In this document: positions 20,093 to 28,896 of the stretch, one piece after another
How the letters are laid out: each line of letters begins with the position of its first letter
Position numbering within the stretch: position 1 is the stretch's first letter
Program-made: the position numbers and the translations under genes
The notes under the pieces: generated by a model
Seen by the model: the letters and a program-made list of their open reading frames with translations, nothing else
Database searches by the model: none
What the model was told of the DNA's origin: nothing
DNA from: Oceanispirochaeta sp.
GTDB lineage: Bacteria; Spirochaetota; Spirochaetia; DSM-2461
Direction of reading: 5' to 3'
Assembly (NCBI GenBank): GCA_963663385.2
Contig: CAXXXD010000004.1
Coordinates: 544,001-608,000 of the forward strand
Length of the DNA: 64,000 bases

Positions 20093-21334
20093 ATGAACGA
20101 AGTTATAAATGAACTCCATAATTTATGGGAATACCTTCATCTCCATCCGCTTTTTGCTGCCGGTGTCATTCTTGTGGCCGGTTATTATCTTGGACGTGTA
20201 GCCAGGGTACTCAAACTGCCCGAGATTACGGGGTATATCTTTGCCGGTCTACTGGTCGGAAAATCCTTCCTGCATATCGTACCGCATGAAGTGGAAGAGT
20301 CCCTCGGGATCTTCACCCAGATTGCCCTTGGGCTTATTGCGCTGACAATCGGAGGAGAATTCTCCTTCTCCAAGCTGAAGCGGCTGGGCAGGGATGTGGC
20401 TATTATTACGGTTGTACAGATTTTTTCAGCCTTTCTTATGGTTTCCCTTGCTTTATGGGTTCTGAAACTGCCTCTGCCGATTGCCCTTCTGGCCGGGGCT
20501 ATCGCCTCGGCTACAGCCCCGGCGGCCACTGTTCATATTGTGCAGACCCTGAAAGCCCACGGGACTTTTGTTGACATGCTCTACGGTGTGGTGGCTCTGG
20601 ATGATGCAGGCTGTGTTATTCTGTTCAGTGTTGTCTTTTCCCTTTCCGGTTCCATGCTGGGTATAAGCGGGGGAGACCACGGTGTTCTGTCCGCTATAGG
20701 GCATATCTTTCTGGAAATCGGACTGGGTGCCATCGGGGGATATTTCATTCACCTTGCCACCTGCCATATCCATAGCGAGAATGAAACGCAGATTATTACT
20801 CTGGGTTTCTTTTTTACCTATACGGTCCTTGTTATGGGGTTGGGGATGTCCCCGCTGCTGACCAATATGGCCGCCGGAACAATCCTGATTAATATGTCTC
20901 CCCGGAATCACAGGATTTTCAAAGCTCTCCAGCCCGTTACGCCTCCTCTGTATGCCATGTTTTTTGTTCTGGCCGGGATGGAGCTGGATCCCATGCAGTT
21001 TCTGAATCCGGTTATTCTGCTTATGGGTTCTGTCTATATTGTATTCCGGGGGGTGGGAAAATATGGCGGCGTCTATACCGGTTGTGCTCTGGTAAAGACA
21101 GATCCGCGTGTCCGAAAATACCTGGGATTCTGTATGCTGCCACAGGCCGGTGTCGCTATCGGTCTAATGGATATTGTCGCAGAAATGCATCTGGGACCGG
21201 ATGCTTCCCCCGAGGTTATCGCCTCTGTCGCCGCTTTAAACAGCATTATCCTGATGTCCGTTTTTGTAAATGAAATATTCGGACCTCCCATTTCCAAATA
21301 CGCCCTGATTCGCGGCAACAATATGGAGGAATAA
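20093..21334 (+). CDS. Cation:proton antiporter (CPA superfamily)
   Basis: Multi-TM; LPEITGY, ATAPAAT, VALDDA, LPQAGVAIGL. Confidence 0.88.
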   Translation: MNEVINELHNLWEYLHLHPLFAAGVILVAGYYLGRVARVLKLPEITGYIFAGLLVGKSFLHIVPHEVEESLGIFTQIALGLIALTIGGEFSFSKLKRLGRDVAIITVVQIFSAFLMVSLALWVLKLPLPIALLAGAIASATAPAATVHIVQTLKAHGTFVDMLYGVVALDDAGCVILFSVVFSLSGSMLGISGGDHGVLSAIGHIFLEIGLGAIGGYFIHLATCHIHSENETQIITLGFFFTYTVLVMGLGMSPLLTNMAAGTILINMSPRNHRIFKALQPVTPPLYAMFFVLAGMELDPMQFLNPVILLMGSVYIVFRGVGKYGGVYTGCALVKTDPRVRKYLGFCMLPQAGVAIGLMDIVAEMHLGPDASPEVIASVAALNSIILMSVFVNEIFGPPISKYALIRGNNMEE

Positions 21335-22165
21335 ATGGACCTTGCAACAATGATTCACCCCGACAGCTGCAAAGCGAATATCGCCGGGAATACAAAAAAG
21401 GAAATTCTTGAAAATCTTGCCGACCTGGCCATGAAACATCCCGCTGCTTCACAGGTTGACCGTGCGGAACTGATGAAGCGTATTTACGAGAGGGAAGAGA
21501 AAGGGTCAACCGGTATCGGCAGTCAGCTGGCTATTCCTCATTCGGAAGTTCCCGGGCTGGCCGAGTTTGTCGTTATTATAGCGACCAGTCAGAAAGGGGT
21601 CGACTTCGAAGCAATTGACAGCAAGAAAGCCCGTCTGTTCTTTATGATCCTGGCTCCTCCGGGGGAAGCCTCTGATCATCTGAAGATTCTGGCCATGATT
21701 TCCCGGACACTTTCTCTTCCCGGTGTGCGTCCTGCCATGTTGGCCGCCCCGACAGAAACAGCCCTGTTTGAAGCTTTTATGGCCAATGTCCGGCCCAGCG
21801 GAGCTGCTCCGAAAACCGAGAAAAAAGAGGACATGAGTCTACTGTCCCTGGTTCTGTTCGACCTGGATCTGATCTACGATATCCTTGAGATGTTTCTGCA
21901 GAAGGGAATCGAAGGGGCAAATATAACCGAATCCTACGGAATGGGTGAGTATATCTCCAATGTTCCTCTCTTTGCGGGATTTCTCGGGTTTATGAACGAC
22001 AGAACCAACCGCAGCAAGACGATTCAGGTTCTGATTCCCCAGTCCAGGGTCGGAGACCTGGTAGAGGGTATCGAATCCATTACGGGAGATCTGGACAAGA
22101 AACAGGGCGCGGCACTGTTTGTATCGCCTGTATCTTTATACAAAGGCACCATGAAGATGATGTAA
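21335..22165 (+). CDS. PTS EIIA (Fru/Ntr type) domain fused to a C-terminal P-II-like domain
   Basis: EREEKGSTGIG..LAIPH, FEAID, HLKILA; C-terminal GIEGANITES.GMG...GAALFVSPV resembles the P-II fold. Confidence 0.8.
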   Translation: MDLATMIHPDSCKANIAGNTKKEILENLADLAMKHPAASQVDRAELMKRIYEREEKGSTGIGSQLAIPHSEVPGLAEFVVIIATSQKGVDFEAIDSKKARLFFMILAPPGEASDHLKILAMISRTLSLPGVRPAMLAAPTETALFEAFMANVRPSGAAPKTEKKEDMSLLSLVLFDLDLIYDILEMFLQKGIEGANITESYGMGEYISNVPLFAGFLGFMNDRTNRSKTIQVLIPQSRVGDLVEGIESITGDLDKKQGAALFVSPVSLYKGTMKMM

Positions 22166-22174
22166 AATGGACCG

Positions 22175-22241
22175 GGGCTCGACTCCGCTCGCCCCTCTGT
22201 GGTTTGTACGTATAACTGGAAGGGTGAGCGAAGTCGAACCC
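22175..22241. repeat. Intergenic REP-like inverted repeat (TCGACTcCGCTC / GAGCGaAGTCGA)
   Basis: GGGCTCGACTCCGCTCGCCC (22175-22194) vs GGGTGAGCGAAGTCGAACCC (22222-22241): 17/20 complementary, between convergent genes. Confidence 0.65.
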
Positions 22242-22279
22242 TGCCTCGCCTGCGGAACAAATCCCAGCCTGTTTGCGAT

Positions 22280-23167
22280 TCAGGCGTTAGAGCGGGGTCG
22301 GGACCATCGGGCGGCGATTCCGTTCGTCAGGGCATTGCCGTTCCTTGACGGGATAATCAGGTCTTTTGTTTCAATTTTATCAGGATCTATACCATCCATA
22401 CGCCCCAACTGGTCGGCCAGCATTGCTTTGCTGACTTCCGGATCATGGCAGGATATCAGGAAGAAACGGGGATCCCCCCGGAATAACTCCCGGCTCAGAT
22501 CCATCAGGGTATGGAGGTCTCTCTTTAAAACCCAGGTTTTTTTACCCGGTGCCCGGCCGAAAGCGGGGGGATCCAGGATTATACCGTGATAGGATTTCCC
22601 CCTTTTTATCTCCCTCTCCATAAACCGGATGATATCTTCAACAATAAAGCGGATGGTCTGGTTCCCAAGGGATGATGCGGCGGCATTTGTTCTGGCCCAG
22701 TTTACAGCACTTCTGGAAGCATCCAGGTGGCAGACATCAGCCCCCTTCCCCAGTTTTCCCCCCAGGGCGCTGAACAGGGTCGATCCTCCCGTATAGGCAA
22801 AGCCGTTCAATACTCTCAGGGGAGCGGGAGAATGGATTAACTGTTTTTTGATCCAGAGCCAGTTGTCAAGCTGTTCAGGGTATATCCCTATCTGTCCGTT
22901 TGATGAGAACCTGAGCTCCATCCGGATTTCATCCTGTGTATAGAAGAACAGTGTCTCCTGACTGATGTCTCCTTTGCGCGAATAGAACTCCCAGCGGCTC
23001 TCTTTTTCGCCCCGGACGAACCGGGCATCGGCCCTATCCCAATCGGCTTTCGGGAGTTTCGGGGAGAAGTCTGCCTGCGGGGCAGGGCGGTCTACAATTA
23101 CATCGCCGAAGCGTTCCAGCCTCCGGCCCTTTCCGCTGTCCAGGAATTCATAATTGGTTTCAGACAT
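22280..23167 (-). CDS. Class I SAM-dependent methyltransferase (RlmI/RlmK-like)
   Basis: YEFLDSG.GRRLERFG, VLNGFAYTGG, HLDAS, IILDPPAFG. Confidence 0.85.
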   Translation of the reverse strand: MSETNYEFLDSGKGRRLERFGDVIVDRPAPQADFSPKLPKADWDRADARFVRGEKESRWEFYSRKGDISQETLFFYTQDEIRMELRFSSNGQIGIYPEQLDNWLWIKKQLIHSPAPLRVLNGFAYTGGSTLFSALGGKLGKGADVCHLDASRSAVNWARTNAAASSLGNQTIRFIVEDIIRFMEREIKRGKSYHGIILDPPAFGRAPGKKTWVLKRDLHTLMDLSRELFRGDPRFFLISCHDPEVSKAMLADQLGRMDGIDPDKIETKDLIIPSRNGNALTNGIAARWSRPRSNA

Positions 23168-23168
23168 A

Positions 23169-23639
23169 TCAGCAGCTTATCTCCTTGATGCCCATTTCTT
23201 TTCTTAAATGGGAGTTTATTTTGATTATCTGTTCAATCAGAGTAAAATACTCCGTCTGCTCTTTCCGGGATATGCTGGATAGGGTTTTGTCTATGTATTG
23301 CATATGTTCGGCTTTAAAATGATAAACAAGATCCTGTCCTTTCGGTGTCAAATTCAGTTCATATATCCGTTTGTCTTTTTCGCTCTGTTTTTTTTCAATA
23401 TAACCCTTCTCAATGAGTTTTTTGGCCACCGGTGTAAAAGAACCTTTTTCCAGCTGAAGAATATGGCTTATCTGCGACATGGAACTGGGGCCGTTATGAT
23501 CCAGATAGATCATTGTCTGAAGATGTGTGGGGTTGAGGCCTTCGGGGAAACTATAGAGACTGAAAAACGCTTTAAAAAACAGTCCGCTCATATCCCTTTT
23601 CAGCTGCAGTATTTTAAAAAAGTCACTCTGCCGGTCCAT
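23169..23639 (-). CDS. MarR family transcriptional regulator
   Basis: wHTH; KKLIEKGYIEK..SEKDKR..LTPKG. Confidence 0.88.
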   Translation of the reverse strand: MDRQSDFFKILQLKRDMSGLFFKAFFSLYSFPEGLNPTHLQTMIYLDHNGPSSMSQISHILQLEKGSFTPVAKKLIEKGYIEKKQSEKDKRIYELNLTPKGQDLVYHFKAEHMQYIDKTLSSISRKEQTEYFTLIEQIIKINSHLRKEMGIKEISC

Positions 23640-23661
23640 CAGACTACTCCTTTATTTTAAT

Positions 23662-25038
23662 TCAGACCTGATCCCATTTTAGCTTCATTTGCTGTTTGTG
23701 GGAATTCTCTCTTTTCCGGTAATCCGCAGCAAGGGCCAGGGCCGTTATCACAATAGCCAGGGCATCGGCTCCGGGAACGGCAGACCAGACACCGGTTAAT
23801 CCGAATCGGGGAGGGAGAACCACGAGCAGGGGTATAAGGCAGAGGAACTGTCTGAGAGTACTGAGGACAAGAGCTGTTCCGCCCTGGGCCGTTGCCTGAA
23901 AAAAGGCTATGCCCAGAATATTAACGCCTACGACGGGAAGCATCAGAAAATAGATTCCCAATCCCCGTAAAGCCATCTCCATTGTGGGTGATGCGGGAGA
24001 AATGAATAAGCCCAGAAGGAACTGTGGAAAAATCCTGAGGCAAAGGAATATAAATGTGGAAAATCCGACAGCCCAGAACATGGCCAGTTTCATGGTTTTA
24101 TTTACACGTTCATGCTGCTCCGCTCCGTGATTGAAACCGACTATTGGCTGCATCCCCTGCTGAAGGCCCATCAGCGGCATAAAGAAAAGAGTAAAAAGGC
24201 TGTTAATCGCCCCCATGGAAGTAATCGCCTGAGTTCCGCCGTACTGACTGAGTTTCTGATTCAGAAATCCCAGAGCCAGACTGTTCCCGACAGTCCCTGC
24301 AAAAGTGGCCAGGCCGGTTATGAGGATCTCTTTTATCAGGAGCGTTTTCGGGATAAAGTCCTGTTTAAACACCCGTATGGAACTCTTTCCTCTGAGGTAA
24401 AAGGAGATAAGCAGTAGAAACCCGGTAAACTGGCCGATTACAGTTGCTGCCGCCGCACCTTCTACACCCCAGTCAAAAACAATCACAAAAAGTGCATCCA
24501 GCAGAATATTCGAAAGGGCCGATAGAATCATGGCAAACATGGGAAGACGGGCCTGACCTTCCGTGCGGATCGTAAAATTGAAAACAAAGGCCAGCATATT
24601 GAACAGAAAGCCCCCCAGGATAATCCTCAGGTAGGATTTGGCCAGGATCAGGGTCTCTGCTTCTGCTCCGAACAGCTTCAGTACACTATCCATTCTCCAT
24701 TGGAGTATCAGGACCACGCAAATGTTCAACACGATTCCCAGGGTCAGGGCGTTTCCGAAAATATTTCCGGCTTTCCTGCTGTTCTTTCGTCCCAGTTCAA
24801 TAGACATCAGTGAAGCGGCTCCGCTGGCAATCAGTGTGGCCAGGGCAAAGATAATCATCATTACCGGAAAAGCTATTGTCAATCCGGCCAGTGCGTCTTC
24901 TCCGGCAAAGCGTCCTATAAATATGCGGTCTACTACGTTATATATGGCGTTCACTACCATCGCAATAATGGAAGGCAGGGAAAAAGACCAGAGAAGTCTG
25001 CCCACAGGCATATCCTGCAACTTTTTTTGTTTTTCCAT
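23662..25038 (-). CDS. MATE family efflux transporter (MepA-like)
   Basis: SLPSIIAMVVNAIYNVVDRIFIG, WGVEGAAAAT, QPIVGFNHGA, LRQFLCLIP. Confidence 0.92.
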   Translation of the reverse strand: MEKQKKLQDMPVGRLLWSFSLPSIIAMVVNAIYNVVDRIFIGRFAGEDALAGLTIAFPVMMIIFALATLIASGAASLMSIELGRKNSRKAGNIFGNALTLGIVLNICVVLILQWRMDSVLKLFGAEAETLILAKSYLRIILGGFLFNMLAFVFNFTIRTEGQARLPMFAMILSALSNILLDALFVIVFDWGVEGAAAATVIGQFTGFLLLISFYLRGKSSIRVFKQDFIPKTLLIKEILITGLATFAGTVGNSLALGFLNQKLSQYGGTQAITSMGAINSLFTLFFMPLMGLQQGMQPIVGFNHGAEQHERVNKTMKLAMFWAVGFSTFIFLCLRIFPQFLLGLFISPASPTMEMALRGLGIYFLMLPVVGVNILGIAFFQATAQGGTALVLSTLRQFLCLIPLLVVLPPRFGLTGVWSAVPGADALAIVITALALAADYRKRENSHKQQMKLKWDQV

Positions 25039-25058
25039 ATGGTATTATCCCCTATAAT

Positions 25059-25129
25059 GGTTAGATTTCTAACAATATAAAGAATGTAATAGTTTTATGC
25101 AGGATTGTCAATAGGTTAGATATCTAACC
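25059..25129. promoter_or_regulatory. Two MarR (MepR-like) operator palindromes upstream of the MATE-marR operon
   Basis: GGTTAGATATCTAACC perfect 16-bp palindrome (25114-25129) and near-copy GGTTAGATTTCTAACA (25059-25074). Confidence 0.8.
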
Positions 25130-25213
25130 AAATATGGATGTTAAATCAAAAAAAGAATATGTTGTTTATTGATAAGCCGAGAGAGTATACTTGTCAGATA
25201 GAAGGAGCTGAAT

Positions 25214-26140
25214 ATGGAAAACCGCAATATATATAAAATGGATGATTTTCTGATTATCCTGTCCTACCTGATGATTCTGCCGACCCTGTTTTTTGCCTGG
25301 CCCTGGTTGAGTACTCTGCCTGAAGCTGTAGAACCCGCGACGTTTCTGAAGTCTGCCCCTTTAATACTGGGCGCCCGGTTTAATACGGTCCTGCTGTATG
25401 CGGTCGGAGTCGTGTGTGTACAGTTTTTGGGGCGTATGATCCGGTTTAAGGAAAAACAGAGTCTGAAAATACTGGACGCCCTCGGATTTTCCGGTAAATC
25501 CAGTATCAGCCAGCTGTCCATGACCACCGGCTTATCCGAGTCAAAGGTCCGGTCTCTTGCCGGAAAACTCTCCCGCATTTCATCACTGGAAATCTCTGTT
25601 GAGGATGATAAGGTTTCAAGGGGCCGTAAGAAAAGTATTTATGAAAGACCGGAATATAAAGTTCAGGATCAGTATACGGTGAAGGAGGACCGATTACAGG
25701 ACGGGACCCCCATAAGGGACTCTTCCTTTCAGGAAGACAGGGGTGCCGCGATACCCGGTCCGTTTCCCATGAAGGAACGCGGGAAAGGGGCCGCTGATAA
25801 AGATATGCCTGAGGAACTCAAGTCGATTCTGAAAGATCCGACACTGTCGATGCTGCAGAAGCTGAAAACGATTCAGGAATTCTCAAAATCTCATCCTGAT
25901 ATGAATCCGGCCGATAGGAAAAAGGCAGCGGAGTTTCTTAAACCCTCCCCCGGGGTGGTGGCAGGCAGCGGCAATAGGGGATCGGGTGAACCACCGAGAC
26001 CCAAAACATATAAATTGGTGCTGTTCGGTCTTCTGATGATGTCTCCCCTCTGGCCTGTCGCGGTTATTATGGCAATCATTTATGTTATTAAAAACAAGGA
26101 AACCCTTCTGGGTATGAAGGATTCTGTTAAAAAGCAATAA
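25214..26140 (+). CDS. Hypothetical membrane protein with a central HTH-like segment
   Basis: RBS AAGGAG; two N-terminal TMs, SISQLSMTTGLSESKVRSL helix-turn-helix-like stretch, C-terminal TM. Confidence 0.65.
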   Translation: MENRNIYKMDDFLIILSYLMILPTLFFAWPWLSTLPEAVEPATFLKSAPLILGARFNTVLLYAVGVVCVQFLGRMIRFKEKQSLKILDALGFSGKSSISQLSMTTGLSESKVRSLAGKLSRISSLEISVEDDKVSRGRKKSIYERPEYKVQDQYTVKEDRLQDGTPIRDSSFQEDRGAAIPGPFPMKERGKGAADKDMPEELKSILKDPTLSMLQKLKTIQEFSKSHPDMNPADRKKAAEFLKPSPGVVAGSGNRGSGEPPRPKTYKLVLFGLLMMSPLWPVAVIMAIIYVIKNKETLLGMKDSVKKQ

Positions 26141-26183
26141 ACAGGTATATATTAAAGATAAAGGATTATTCGGGAGGCATCCA

Positions 26184-27056
26184 ATGAATCAGGAAATACC
26201 GCAGGAAATAGAAGCGCATTTGATAAGGATACTGGAAGCATCCGGAGAGGACTGGAGCAGGGAAGAGGGAGCTCTTGATAAACTGGAAGCCCTCTGGTTA
26301 AAAAAGGACTCCCTTTTTGACGAACAGATCGCCCTTCTGGGAATGGAAGGAGTCGACAGCCTGGAGAAAAACGATCCCCGGGGGAAGCTGCTTTTAACTT
26401 TTTCCGGTTCTCTGGTCAGTATGGGTTATGGTGAAGAGTGCTGGATGGAATATGCCAGTATCAAACTCCGCTCGGATGTTCCGGATATTGTCCGCTGTGA
26501 TAAAACAGCCCTGTCAGAAGATCTGCACCGGGGAAAATCTGCGCAGTTCGCGAAGGGGCCTCTGAAAAAAACTTCCGCCCTGTATAAAATTGTTGTCTGT
26601 AAAGCCCATGTGTCCCCTGTGGAACAGGATAAAAGGATTCGGGAAGCAACTGTATTTCTGACGAACTCCTTTGTTCATCTGAACAGGGATCTGACCATGC
26701 CTGCGGGAGGAGAGGACCTCGAGCAGTTTAACAGGAAAAACATTATTGCCTACCTGGCAAAAAAAAGTGATTTGAGTCAGGAAAAGGTTCGTATGATTAT
26801 GGATGATTACACCTACATGCTGGAAACGGGTATGCTCCTGGGTAAGACAGTTTCCATTGGAAGGATCGGCCGGCTTTCTCTCAAGGTAAAACCCCGCCGG
26901 AAAGCACGGCTGGGACGGAATCCCGCAACCGGGGAGGAAATTACCATTCCGGCCCGGGATGCCCATATGGGGCCGCAGTTCCGTTTTTCTTCCTCCCTGA
27001 AGGAAAGAGTCGGACGTCTCCCTGTTCCGGAGGATACTCAGAATGGGGAAGAGTAG
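26184..27056 (+). CDS. HU/IHF-family DNA-binding domain fused to an ~175-aa unknown N-terminal domain
   Basis: C-terminal VSIGRIGRL..RKARLGRNPATGEEITIPAR...FRFSSSLKERV; RBS GGAGG. Confidence 0.82.
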   Translation: MNQEIPQEIEAHLIRILEASGEDWSREEGALDKLEALWLKKDSLFDEQIALLGMEGVDSLEKNDPRGKLLLTFSGSLVSMGYGEECWMEYASIKLRSDVPDIVRCDKTALSEDLHRGKSAQFAKGPLKKTSALYKIVVCKAHVSPVEQDKRIREATVFLTNSFVHLNRDLTMPAGGEDLEQFNRKNIIAYLAKKSDLSQEKVRMIMDDYTYMLETGMLLGKTVSIGRIGRLSLKVKPRRKARLGRNPATGEEITIPARDAHMGPQFRFSSSLKERVGRLPVPEDTQNGEE

Positions 27057-27195
27057 GGTGTACCATTTGACCCGGTAAATATATATACCAGTCAGAGCTC
27101 TTCAATGCTGCCTGTAAATAAAAAAACTCCTTTTTTAAGGAGGAATTAATACTGAACATGGATAGTAAAACGATGCTGAATAATTTACGGTGGAT

Positions 27196-27924
27196 ATGAG
27201 TATAACTATATTGATTATTGAAGATCAGGATCACCTTCGGGAATATATGAAAAAGATTCTCGAACGGGAGCATTACCAGGTCTTGAGTTCTTCCAGTGGA
27301 CAGGAAGCGCTGGCTCTGCTCAGGAGTAATAATCCGGATATTATCCTTCTGGATCTGAATCTGGGAGATATGGATGGCAGAGAGATTATTACAATTCTGA
27401 GACGGCAGCATGATGAAGTCCCTATCATGATTGTTTCGAATTTTAATGAGGTCGATACCAAGGTCCACTCCTTTGATCTGGGCTGTGATGATTATCTGAC
27501 AAAGCCGTTCTATAAGGATGAACTGCTTGCCCGGATAAAACGGCTGCATACCCGGGTCAAATATGCTAAACTGACGGAAGAGCATACATTGAAGGAGAAG
27601 GAATCGTTCGGACCTTTTTCCGTTGATTACAAGACTGGTCAGATCCGGAAAAACGGACGGGGACTTGATCTCAGTCGCAAACTTTTTGACCTGATGGTTT
27701 TTTTTCTAAGGAACAGAAACCAGATAGTAAGTAAGGAACAGCTCTTAAACCGTTTCTGGTGGGATCAGGATAATCAATCCGACAATACTCTTATAGTCCA
27801 TATCCATATGCTGCGTTCTCTGATTGAGGAGACTCCCTCCAAGCCGCAATTCCTCAAGACAAAGAGAGGGATGGGGTACTTTTTCGAAATTGAAGAGGGA
27901 GAATATCCGATTCCTTCGGATTGA
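27196..27924 (+). CDS. OmpR/PhoB family response regulator
   Basis: ILIIED, ILLDLNL (Asp intact), DDYLTKPF, wHTH VHIHMLR..KTKRGMGY. Confidence 0.93.
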   Translation: MSITILIIEDQDHLREYMKKILEREHYQVLSSSSGQEALALLRSNNPDIILLDLNLGDMDGREIITILRRQHDEVPIMIVSNFNEVDTKVHSFDLGCDDYLTKPFYKDELLARIKRLHTRVKYAKLTEEHTLKEKESFGPFSVDYKTGQIRKNGRGLDLSRKLFDLMVFFLRNRNQIVSKEQLLNRFWWDQDNQSDNTLIVHIHMLRSLIEETPSKPQFLKTKRGMGYFFEIEEGEYPIPSD

Positions 27925-27957
27925 TGAAAATGCTGAATTTGTATATTTTCTTCTTCT

Positions 27958-28896
27958 ATGGACAAACCTGTCAAGTTTTTAATACTTTTCTGCTTTGCAG
28001 TATCAACTCTTTTTCTTCTGACTCTTTTTATGGTAAACCGCCATCTGATTAAATTTGTAGATAGAAACTATACACAGAACAAGGTCCTCCGGATTTCTGA
28101 TGAAATTCATGATCAGATAGAACTGGTTTTTCTGGGGGCTGATTATATCAGCCGTGATCAGTTTATTCAGAACTGGCTTGCCAGTGAATCCGATAGGGAT
28201 ATTCTCGATCGTTATCTGGAAGAATACATCTCAATTCTGGGATGCGATGCCATTGACGTGGCTTCCACCGGTTCCGGGCTGGTATATCAATCCGCTGGTA
28301 CGACGGTTCTTCTGGATAAGGAAAATGAAAGGGATGCATGGTTTTTTGATCTCCAGAGTTCGGAACAGCGCTGGGGAACCGAACTCTTTTACGATTCCCT
28401 GAAAGGGACCCTGTATATCTATTACAATGTCAAAATCCTGGATCAGCAGGGTGAAAATCTGGGGGTACTTGGATTCCTCTTATCCTATGACAATCTTTCC
28501 AGTATCCTCACCCAATTTGAGGATGATGGAATATCTGCTTATATAACGGATTCAAAGGGGGAAATCCTCGTTCATGGTGATCAGAGTCAAATAGGCAATA
28601 TTACGATATACGATTATTTTGGAAAACTTCAGGAATACAGCAGTCCTGAACTTTCGGGGAATAAAGAGCATGCGAGCGGAACCTCTTATGTCCGTTATAT
28701 CGGAAAAATGGATGCCTGTCTGATTGTGGAACAGGGCAGGTCTTTTGCGAGGTTCAGCCATATGAGTATTGTTCTCTTATCCTTTCTATTCTGGGGAATT
28801 TCATTTCTGCTGGGGTTTGTTCTGTATCGGAACTTTACAACTCACTGTCCTCAGGAACAGGGAAAAAAAGGGCGAATCCCGCGCCTCCTGAAATAG
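27958..28896 (+). CDS. Two-TM Cache-domain sensor protein without a cytoplasmic output domain (possibly truncated)
   Basis: TM - ERDAWFF / YYNVKILD..LGVLG / AYITDSKGEILVH - TM, then runs 62 bp into the convergent kinase gene. Confidence 0.7.
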   Translation: MDKPVKFLILFCFAVSTLFLLTLFMVNRHLIKFVDRNYTQNKVLRISDEIHDQIELVFLGADYISRDQFIQNWLASESDRDILDRYLEEYISILGCDAIDVASTGSGLVYQSAGTTVLLDKENERDAWFFDLQSSEQRWGTELFYDSLKGTLYIYYNVKILDQQGENLGVLGFLLSYDNLSSILTQFEDDGISAYITDSKGEILVHGDQSQIGNITIYDYFGKLQEYSSPELSGNKEHASGTSYVRYIGKMDACLIVEQGRSFARFSHMSIVLLSFLFWGISFLLGFVLYRNFTTHCPQEQGKKGRIPRLLK

